Below, one piece after another: positions 56,666 to 64,000 of a stretch of 64,000 nucleotides of DNA. The DNA comes from Gemmatimonas sp. GTDB taxonomy: Bacteria > Gemmatimonadota > Gemmatimonadetes > Gemmatimonadales > Gemmatimonadaceae. The notes below the pieces were generated by a model. The model saw only the letters and a program-made list of their open reading frames with translations. It searched no databases and had not been told where the DNA came from. The translations under genes were made by a program, and so were the position numbers. Location of the stretch: assembly GCA_031414535.1 (NCBI GenBank), contig JANNVQ010000008.1:24106-88105 (forward strand), read 5' to 3'. Positions within the stretch are counted from its first letter, which is position 1. Each line of letters starts with the position of its first letter.

Positions 56666-58023
56666 GTGGTGAAGTCGCGGTCATCGGGCTCGGCCGCAGT
56701 GGTGGCGCGGCGGTGCGCCTGCTACGGGCTCAGCATTTGTCAGTCTACGCGTCCGATGCCGGCCGCGGACAGGCTGTGGAAGAACTCGCAGCCGAGTTGC
56801 GCGCCATTGGCGCTTCTGTAGATGTCGGCTCGCATGACCTCGCGCGCATCGCCAAGTCGGCGCGTGTTGTTGTCAGTCCTGGCGTTCCACCGGATGCGCC
56901 GCCACTGAAGGCGGCGCGTGAGGCCGGCCTGCCTATCGAGAGCGAGATTGAACTCGCGCTTAGCGCAATTGGCGGCACCCGCTACATCGCGACCACCGGC
57001 ACAAACGGCAAGACCACCGTCACCGCGCTCATCGCGCATCTGCTACGCGCCGTTGGGGTTGACGCCGACGAGGCGGGCAACATTGGCACGCCGCTCGCAG
57101 AAATGGTATTGCGTGCAAAGCGCCCGGATTGGGTGGCGCTCGAGCTGAGCTCGTTTCAGCTGCACGACACGCCGAGCGTGAATCCCGCGGTGGCGTTGCT
57201 CACGAACCTCGCGCCCGATCATCTAGACCGGTATCCGGACCTTGAGAGCTATTACGCGGATAAGGATTTGCTCTTCCGTAACGCCCACGCGGCGTCCGTG
57301 CGAGTGGTCAACGCCGATGACGCTGAGGTCTTGCGGCGTACGGCGAAAGTCGCGGGGCAGGCGAGGACCTTCTCTGTGTCTCGGGCGGACGCCGATGCTT
57401 GGTATGACGGCCAGAGCCGCCGCTTGATGCTCGCTGGCGCCGCGCTACTTGAGCGCGACGCGCTGCCGTTGCTCGGGGTGCACAACGTGGCCAACGCACT
57501 CGCCGCTTCGCTTGCCGTGCATGAGGCCGTTCCCGAGGCACGCGGCCCTGCCGGCCGCGCCAAACTCGCCGAGGGCCTCAAGACGTTCGTGGCCCCGCCT
57601 CACCGTTTGGAGAAGGTGGGTGAGTTCGGGGGCATTCTGTGGGTGAATGACTCCAAGGCGACGAACGTCGGCGCGGCGCGCGTCGCCATTGAGGCTATGG
57701 AGCGACCCACCGTGCTTTTACTCGGCGGTCGGCACAAGGGTGAGCCCTATTCCAACCTGCTATCGGCAATGCGGGGGCGCGTGAAGGCCGTCATCGCCTA
57801 CGGTGAGGCCGAAGCCATCATCGTACAGGATATCAGCGGACACGTGCCCGTGGAGCGTGGCGGATCGTCATTTGACGAGGTCATCGCCCGTGCCCGCGCG
57901 CTTGCTGTGCGGGGCGATGCGGTTCTGCTCGCTCCCGCCTGCTCCAGCTACGACATGTTCAAGAACTACAACGAACGTGGCGCCGCGTTCCGCGCCAAAG
58001 CTCGCGAGCAGGGCAACACATGA
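56662..58023 (+). CDS. murD: UDP-MurNAc-L-Ala--D-Glu ligase
   Basis: GLGRSG, SPGVP, GTNGKTT, ELSSFQL, NDSKATN, PACSSYD. GTG start at 56662. Confidence 0.96.
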   Translation: MSGEVAVIGLGRSGGAAVRLLRAQHLSVYASDAGRGQAVEELAAELRAIGASVDVGSHDLARIAKSARVVVSPGVPPDAPPLKAAREAGLPIESEIELALSAIGGTRYIATTGTNGKTTVTALIAHLLRAVGVDADEAGNIGTPLAEMVLRAKRPDWVALELSSFQLHDTPSVNPAVALLTNLAPDHLDRYPDLESYYADKDLLFRNAHAASVRVVNADDAEVLRRTAKVAGQARTFSVSRADADAWYDGQSRRLMLAGAALLERDALPLLGVHNVANALAASLAVHEAVPEARGPAGRAKLAEGLKTFVAPPHRLEKVGEFGGILWVNDSKATNVGAARVAIEAMERPTVLLLGGRHKGEPYSNLLSAMRGRVKAVIAYGEAEAIIVQDISGHVPVERGGSSFDEVIARARALAVRGDAVLLAPACSSYDMFKNYNERGAAFRAKAREQGNT

Positions 58024-59258
58024 CCGCAATTGGTGGGATGTTCGCGCCGGGAACCGGTGCGTCCAGCACGCCCTCGCGCGGCTCACGGTCGGTGAGCCAC
58101 GAACGCCTCCGTTGGCGCATGACAATCGAGGCGCGCATTCTCGTGGTGCTGACGGCCACCATTCTCGTGTTTGGGCTCACCACGCTGTATTCCGCGAGTT
58201 CGATTGTCGCGGTGCAGGACGGCCGCCCGAGCTGGTTCTTTTTGTATCGCCAGCTGACTGGCGTTGGCGTAGGCCTCGTTGCCGTTGCGATTCTCGCCAA
58301 GTGGGACGCCGACAATTGGCGTCAGTACGCGTGGCCCATCATGGGACTCGCCATCTTCGCGATGCTGCTCACCGTGATGCCGGGGCTCGAGCGCATCGCG
58401 CCGCGCATCAACGGTTCGCGTCGATTCTTGATGGGCGGTTCTATTCAGCCCTCGGAGTTCGCCAAGCTCGCCGTTGTGCTGTGGACGGCTATGCTGATTG
58501 TGAAGAAGGGCGGCGAGGAAGGCCTCAAGCGTCTCACCAAAGGCTTGATGCCCTTCGGATTGATACTCGGCATTCTGAGCGTGCTCTGCGCGCTGCAGCC
58601 AGACTTGTCCGTCATTCTGTTCTACGCGCTGGTCATGGGCTCCATGCTCTTCGCTGCGGGCGCGCGCATTGGGCACTTCGTATTCCTTGGCGTGCTCGCG
58701 ATGCCCGTCCTCTGGAGCGAGATCAACCGCCTCGAGTACGTCATGCGCCGTCTCTTGGGATTTGCTGGCGCTGCCGGTGCGCAGGCCGAGGTGAACTACC
58801 AGCTCACGCAGTCCTTGATTGCCGTGGGTTCAGGCGGACTCTTTGGCGTGGGCTTCGGGCAGGGACGTCAGCAATACGGATTTCTACCGCTCCCGTACAA
58901 CGACTTCATCGGCAGCAACATTGGTGAGGAGTGGGGCTTCGTTGGCATGGCCGGCCTCATCTTTCTCTTTGCGCTCTGGGGTTGGCTCGGCTTCCGCATT
59001 GCCAAGCAGGCACGCTCACCGTTCACGCAGTTGGTGGCGCTTGGTATCACCATCACGACGGTGGTGACCGCCTACTTGCACATTGGTGTCGTGATTGGCT
59101 TGTTGCCCACCACCGGCCTGACGTTGCCTTTTGTGTCGTATGGCCGATCCAACATCCTGCTTTCACTGCTGACCACGGGCATTCTGCTCAACATCGGCAG
59201 TACGGCCGAGCGCGTCGTCGGTGATCGCGCGACGGATCCCTTCGCTGGTGGGCGATGA
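58020..59258 (+). CDS. ftsW: SEDS peptidoglycan polymerase FtsW
   Basis: NGSRR, IQPSEFAK, QPDL, YQL.QS..A.GSGG, LPTTGLTLPFVSYG. Confidence 0.95.
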   Translation: MTAIGGMFAPGTGASSTPSRGSRSVSHERLRWRMTIEARILVVLTATILVFGLTTLYSASSIVAVQDGRPSWFFLYRQLTGVGVGLVAVAILAKWDADNWRQYAWPIMGLAIFAMLLTVMPGLERIAPRINGSRRFLMGGSIQPSEFAKLAVVLWTAMLIVKKGGEEGLKRLTKGLMPFGLILGILSVLCALQPDLSVILFYALVMGSMLFAAGARIGHFVFLGVLAMPVLWSEINRLEYVMRRLLGFAGAAGAQAEVNYQLTQSLIAVGSGGLFGVGFGQGRQQYGFLPLPYNDFIGSNIGEEWGFVGMAGLIFLFALWGWLGFRIAKQARSPFTQLVALGITITTVVTAYLHIGVVIGLLPTTGLTLPFVSYGRSNILLSLLTTGILLNIGSTAERVVGDRATDPFAGGR

Positions 59259-60337
59259 ACGTTTGGTTTAGCGGCGGCGGCACAGGCGGGCATCTGTACC
59301 CTGGCCTCGCCATTGCGCGTGCGCTGGTGCGCCAGCACCCGCACGTGGAGCCATTCTTCGTAGGCGCGCTGCGTGGCATCGAGCGTGATGTGCTCCCGAC
59401 CACTGAGTTTCCGCATCTCCTGCTGGACCTACATCCGTTGTATCGGCCGCAGATGTGGAAGAACTGGCGTACGCTCAAGGGCGCCGTGGCCTCGTGGGCC
59501 AAGCTCGATGCCGCCGCTCGTGAGCGTCCGCCAAAGCTCGTGGTTGGCACTGGAGGTTACGCCGCAGGCCTCGCGCTGCTGTGGGCTTGGCGCCGTGGCA
59601 TCCCAGCGGTGCAGCATATTGGCGACGCCATTCCCGGCATCACCGCGCGCTGGGGCGCACGATTCACGCGCGAGGCTTATCTCGGTTTCCCCGAGGCGGC
59701 GCAGTACCTGCCACGCGGTCGCGGCGTCACGCGTGACACGGGCAATCCGATTGAACCGCCGTCTGACATTCGTCCGGCCATAGGCGAGGCGCGCGCACGC
59801 TGGGGCTTCCCCGCATCCGCGAAGGTGCTGCTGGTCTTCGGTGGCTCGCAGGGAGCTCGTGCCATCAATCAGGCGGTGGCCAGCTGGGTGGAGCAGGGGA
59901 TTCCCCAAGGTCTCTGCGTGCTCTGGGCCACTGGCAAGGCGCAGTTTGACGCATTTAGGCAACTCGACCGAGCGGACGTGCGCGTGGTGCCGTATCTGAA
60001 TCCGATCGCCGAGGCCTACGCGACGGCGGACATCGCGCTCGTGCGAGGCGGTATGATGGGCACGAGCGAACTCTGCGCCTGGGGAATCCCGAGCGTGATT
60101 GTGCCCTTGCCCTCGGCGGCCAACGATCACCAGACCGCCAACGCCAAGGTGCTCGAGGCCGCCGGAGCCGCCGTCTGCTTGCCGCAGTCACAGATGAATG
60201 CTCAGCGCCTCGAAGCGGAGATTGCAACTCTCCTCGCTGACCCTGTTCGGCTCGCGAAAATGTCCGCCGCCGCCAAGAACCGGGGCCGCCCCCAGGCCGC
60301 CGATGAGATCGCGCGGCACGTCGCCGCATATCTTTGA
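59255..60337 (+). CDS. murG: Lipid II GlcNAc transferase
   Basis: GGGTGGHLYP, GTGGY, GGSQGA, HQTANA. Confidence 0.96.
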   Translation: MNVWFSGGGTGGHLYPGLAIARALVRQHPHVEPFFVGALRGIERDVLPTTEFPHLLLDLHPLYRPQMWKNWRTLKGAVASWAKLDAAARERPPKLVVGTGGYAAGLALLWAWRRGIPAVQHIGDAIPGITARWGARFTREAYLGFPEAAQYLPRGRGVTRDTGNPIEPPSDIRPAIGEARARWGFPASAKVLLVFGGSQGARAINQAVASWVEQGIPQGLCVLWATGKAQFDAFRQLDRADVRVVPYLNPIAEAYATADIALVRGGMMGTSELCAWGIPSVIVPLPSAANDHQTANAKVLEAAGAAVCLPQSQMNAQRLEAEIATLLADPVRLAKMSAAAKNRGRPQAADEIARHVAAYL

Positions 60338-60340
60338 GTC

Positions 60341-61735
60341 ATGCCACTGCTCGATGCCGCGGATGAGCGGCCCGTCCACTTCATGGGAATCGCTGGCGCG
60401 GGGATGTCTGCCCTCGCCGAATTGTGTTACCGTCGCGGCGCGCTAGTCACGGGTTGCGATCAGAACATTGCTGGCGCCGCGGATGTGGCCGCGCTTGGTA
60501 TCGCAATGCAGCAGGGCCACGATGCCGCGCATGTGGGGGGGCATCGTGCTCTCGTGGTCACCAGCGCTGTGCCCAAGGATCATCCTGAGCTTGCGGCCGC
60601 GCACGCGGCTGGCATCCCCGTCATTCGCCGGGCCGAAGCTTTAGCCGAGGCCACTGCGGGCGGAATGCTGATTGGCATCGCAGGCACGCACGGCAAGAGC
60701 ACCACCACGGTAATGACCACCGAGGCGCTTGCTGCCGCGGGGAAGAATCCCACTGGTGTTGTCGGCGCACGCGTGCGGAGCTGGGGCGGGAATTTGTCTA
60801 CTGGAGGCCACGATTTGTTCGTCGTGGAAGCGGACGAGTACGATCGCTCATTTCTGGCGCTTTGGCCCACGGTCGCGGTGGTCACGAACGTGGAAGCCGA
60901 CCACCTCGACATCTACGCGGATCTCGCCGACATCACGGCGACGTTCAGCGAGTATGTGCGTCGTGCACGGTACGTGGTGCTCTGCGCCGATGATGCGGGT
61001 GCCAACGCGCTGCCGAGCCCGGCCACGGCAGAAGTCATTCGCTACGGCGTGGAGACCTCGGACGGTCAGCGCAGCAAGGACGCCCGCCTTATCGCGCACG
61101 ATGTGCGCAGCGAGAATGGTGGCACGGTGTTCCGCGTGAGTTATGATGGCAAGCCGTTGGGCAACGTGCGACTTAAGGTCCCGGGTTTGCACAATGTGCG
61201 CAACGCGCTCGCTGCCCTCGCCTGCGGCATCGGCCCCTGGGGGCTGAGCGTCGAGCAAATGGCCCCTGGCCTCGCGAGCTTTGTTGGTGCCGAGCGTCGC
61301 TTTGAGCGCCTGGGCAAGGTCGCCGGCGTTGAGGTGGTGGACGACTACGCGCATCACCCCACGGAACTGCGCGCCACGCTCACGGCTGCGCGCGAAGCCT
61401 TCCCCAACCGTCGCATCCTCGCCGCCTTCCAGCCGCATCTGTTTTCGCGCACACGCGATTTCGCATCAGACTTCGGTGACGCGCTCGCCGCCGCCGATCA
61501 CACGTTCCTGGCCGACATCTACCCGGCCCGCGAGAAGCCCATCGACGGTGTGACGAGCCAGCTGATTGCGGATGCCATGACGCGCCGCGGTTTGCCGCCG
61601 CGCTGGATGGGACCGCGCAACTCGCTAGCCGCGGCCCTCAAAGCCCACGCCCAAGATGGGGATATTGTGCTGACCATCGGAGCGGGCGACATCACCAAGA
61701 CCGGCCCCGAGCTCATCGCTTTGCTGCAGAGCTAA
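60341..61735 (+). CDS. murC: UDP-MurNAc--L-Ala ligase
   Basis: HFMGIAGAGMS, GTHGKSTT, EADEYD, DDYAHHPTE, FQPH. Confidence 0.97.
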   Translation: MPLLDAADERPVHFMGIAGAGMSALAELCYRRGALVTGCDQNIAGAADVAALGIAMQQGHDAAHVGGHRALVVTSAVPKDHPELAAAHAAGIPVIRRAEALAEATAGGMLIGIAGTHGKSTTTVMTTEALAAAGKNPTGVVGARVRSWGGNLSTGGHDLFVVEADEYDRSFLALWPTVAVVTNVEADHLDIYADLADITATFSEYVRRARYVVLCADDAGANALPSPATAEVIRYGVETSDGQRSKDARLIAHDVRSENGGTVFRVSYDGKPLGNVRLKVPGLHNVRNALAALACGIGPWGLSVEQMAPGLASFVGAERRFERLGKVAGVEVVDDYAHHPTELRATLTAAREAFPNRRILAAFQPHLFSRTRDFASDFGDALAAADHTFLADIYPAREKPIDGVTSQLIADAMTRRGLPPRWMGPRNSLAAALKAHAQDGDIVLTIGAGDITKTGPELIALLQS

Positions 61736-61737
61736 GC

Positions 61738-62487
61738 TTGGACGACGCGCGTGGCCCCACGAGCCCCAGCGGCCCGCAACAGACCGCCGAGTTACCCAAG
61801 TGGCGGCGCGTCCTGCGGCGTATTTCGCGCATCACAATTCTTCTCGCAGTCGTTTCTTCCCCATTCTGGGGACGGCACATACTGCGCTCGATGGATTTCT
61901 TCCGCGTTCGCCGCGTCGAGATTGAAGGACTGCGTTACGCCGCCCCTGATGCAATCGTTTCTCGGTTGAGGGTAGATACGCTCGCGTCCATTTGGGACGA
62001 CGTGTCGGTCCTCGAAGCACGGGTGGCGGAGCACAGCCAAGTGCGCGCGGTGCGCATTAAGCGAAAGCTCCCGGGCACCCTCGTGATCGTGGTGACGGAG
62101 AATCCTCCCGTGGCGCTCGTCAGCACGGCACGAGGCCTCATCGTCACCGACGCCAACGGGGATTCGCTCCCGGTGGATCCCACCACGATGGATGTGGATC
62201 TGCCGGTGCTCATGCGGAAGGACTCGCTGCTCCTCCGCCTTCTTGGGGAAACGCAGGCCGAGGAACCGGCGCTCTTTGCTCGAGTGAGCGAGGCGCGACG
62301 GTTGGAACGAGGCGGAGTGCTGTTTGTACTTCGCGAGTTCCGCATTTTGGCTGAATCGACGGTCACCACCGCACGACTCGCCGAAGTGGTCCCCGTGGAG
62401 CTCGATGCGGCGCGCCGTAACTGGCAACCGATTGAACTCGACCTGCGTTTTCGTGATCAGGTGATCGTCCGACTCCAGAGAAAATGA
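61738..62487 (+). CDS. ftsQ: Cell division protein FtsQ/DivIB
   Basis: TM helix, POTRA-like region (RKLPGTL.I.V.E..P), C-terminal DLRFRDQVIVR. Confidence 0.88.
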   Translation: MDDARGPTSPSGPQQTAELPKWRRVLRRISRITILLAVVSSPFWGRHILRSMDFFRVRRVEIEGLRYAAPDAIVSRLRVDTLASIWDDVSVLEARVAEHSQVRAVRIKRKLPGTLVIVVTENPPVALVSTARGLIVTDANGDSLPVDPTTMDVDLPVLMRKDSLLLRLLGETQAEEPALFARVSEARRLERGGVLFVLREFRILAESTVTTARLAEVVPVELDAARRNWQPIELDLRFRDQVIVRLQRK

Positions 62488-63752
62488 ATCTCGACCGACT
62501 AGTCGCTGGCCTCGATATTGGATCCGCCAAGACCACTGCCGTCATCGCAGAGGTTGTGGGGGATTTGCCCAAGCATCCCACCGTGAACATCCTCGGTGTC
62601 GGCCAGGCCCGTACGACCGGCCTCCGCAAAGGCGTCGTCGCGGACATCGAAGAAACGCAGCGCAGCATCACCAAGGCCATGCAGGACGCCGAGCGGATGG
62701 CGGGTGCGCGCGTGGAAACGGTGTACGCCGGCATCGCGGGCGAGCACGTACAGGCCATGACTTCCAAAGGCATTGCCTCGGTCACGGGCCACGAGATTAC
62801 TCGGGCTGATGTAGACCGCGCCAACGCCGTCGCGCGGGCACAGGCCATCCCGCAGGACCGTGAGCTTATTCACGCGATCCCGCAGGAATACACGGTGGAT
62901 AAAAATCAGGGTGTACGCGATCCCGTAGGCATGATCGGTACGCGCCTAGAGACGGAGATGTATCTCGTCACCATTGGCTCCTCGCCGGCGATGAACCTGC
63001 GCAAGGCCGTCGAGCGTGCAGGCTACCGGGTGGGCGAGCTTGTGCTCGAGCCGCTCGCGAGCGCGCTCAGCGTGCTCACCGAAGAAGAAAAGGAACTCGG
63101 CGTCGCGCTCGTGGAGATTGGTGCAGGCACCACGGACCTCGCGGTGTTCCACGAAGGCAAGATTCGCCACTTGGGCACCATCGCGTTTGGTGGACTGAAC
63201 GTCACGAGCGACATCGTGCACGGCTTGGGCGTTACCGCACTCGACGCCGAGCGCCTGAAGGAGCAATACGGCGCCGCGTACGAGCCCCTGGTGAAAGTGA
63301 CAGGCGAAATCATCAAGTTGCCGAGCACCGGCGCGCAGGGTGAGCGTGAGATTCCGCGTGAGCTGCTGGCGCACATCATTCACCAGCGCACGCAGGAAAT
63401 CTTTGAGATGGTGCTGCGCGACCTCGAGTCGCATCACCTGATTTCCAAAATGGCGGCCGGCGTGGTGGTAACAGGCGGCGCCGCGGCGCAGCCGGGCACC
63501 GATCTGTTGGCCAACGACGTGTTCGGGATTGGTGCGCGCATCGGCGTGCCCGGGGACATGCTTGGCGGACTGGCCGACTCCATTCAGAGCCCGCGCTTCA
63601 GTACGGTTACGGGGCTGGTGCAATATGGTGCGCACCGCGTGGCGCTGAATGGCAGCCAGGGGAAGGGGCGTAGGCTCTCGCTCAGCTCGGCGGCGCCGAG
63701 CATGGACGGAATGGCGCAGCGGTTCAAGACTTGGTTGCAGGACTGGTTTTAG
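62484..63752 (+). CDS. ftsA: Cell division protein FtsA
   Basis: GLDIGSAK, GLRKGVV, EIGAGTT, VTGG, C-terminal amphipathic helix FKTWLQDWF. Confidence 0.97.
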   Translation: MNLDRLVAGLDIGSAKTTAVIAEVVGDLPKHPTVNILGVGQARTTGLRKGVVADIEETQRSITKAMQDAERMAGARVETVYAGIAGEHVQAMTSKGIASVTGHEITRADVDRANAVARAQAIPQDRELIHAIPQEYTVDKNQGVRDPVGMIGTRLETEMYLVTIGSSPAMNLRKAVERAGYRVGELVLEPLASALSVLTEEEKELGVALVEIGAGTTDLAVFHEGKIRHLGTIAFGGLNVTSDIVHGLGVTALDAERLKEQYGAAYEPLVKVTGEIIKLPSTGAQGEREIPRELLAHIIHQRTQEIFEMVLRDLESHHLISKMAAGVVVTGGAAAQPGTDLLANDVFGIGARIGVPGDMLGGLADSIQSPRFSTVTGLVQYGAHRVALNGSQGKGRRLSLSSAAPSMDGMAQRFKTWLQDWF

Positions 63753-63760
63753 AACTGCTT

Positions 63761-63872
63761 CACCACGAAGGCACGAAGGGCTCCCTGCCAACTTTCGGCC
63801 CCGCGACGCCAAAGAAGAAATGCTTCTTGGGATCGCGGGGCCGTGAGATTATTGCGGTTCCCTTCGTGCCTT
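63761..63872. repeat. Palindromic MITE/REPIN-like element, copy 2 (right end eroded)
   Basis: Identical left TIR CACCACGAAGGCACGAAGGG and similar inner hairpin to 5786-5903; right TIR reduced to CCCTTCGTGCCTT. Confidence 0.9.
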
Positions 63873-64000
63873 GTATGTCTCCTAGTGCTCGTAGTAAGTC
63901 TTCGGGGCGGCGGCAGCTCGATCAAGGTGCCACGGGGCGCGTGAGCCCGACACGAAGTGGGAGCGCCGTCGAACCGATCGCGGGAAGCCCGAACAGCCAC

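Overview
High-GC bacterial chromosomal window. Gene content and order suggest Gemmatimonadota (inference, not verified by a search). Left to right: partial amidohydrolase, secreted BNR/VPS10-repeat protein, DUF4097-like protein, GT2 glycosyltransferase and a split pntA/pntB transhydrogenase (0-8.7 kb); a six-gene secreted operon behind a sigma54-type promoter that looks like a non-canonical chaperone-usher fimbrial system, with three subunits ending in -TAP (9.3-15.1 kb); lemA and an HtpX-like protease; tilS-hpt-ftsH; yggS-divIVA-PNP-ileS-dksA-like-lspA-rluD; an ~18 kb tightly coupled signalling cluster (28.8-47.0 kb); tRNA-Val(TAC); a secreted TPR protein; and the dcw cluster rsmH to ftsA. 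The signalling cluster combines a receptor-less Che set (3x CheW, CheY, CheA, CheC, CheR, CheD, CheB), MglA with three Roadblock proteins, several TPR proteins, two DUF4388 proteins with MshEN-like c-di-GMP motifs, and a protein made of two tandem DnaA-type AAA+ modules with no DNA-binding domain. The best candidates for an undescribed system are that cluster and the fimbria-like operon. Several families of palindromic repeats are also present, one of which is inserted in frame twice in ileS. All assignments come from reading motifs by eye; no database searches were run.
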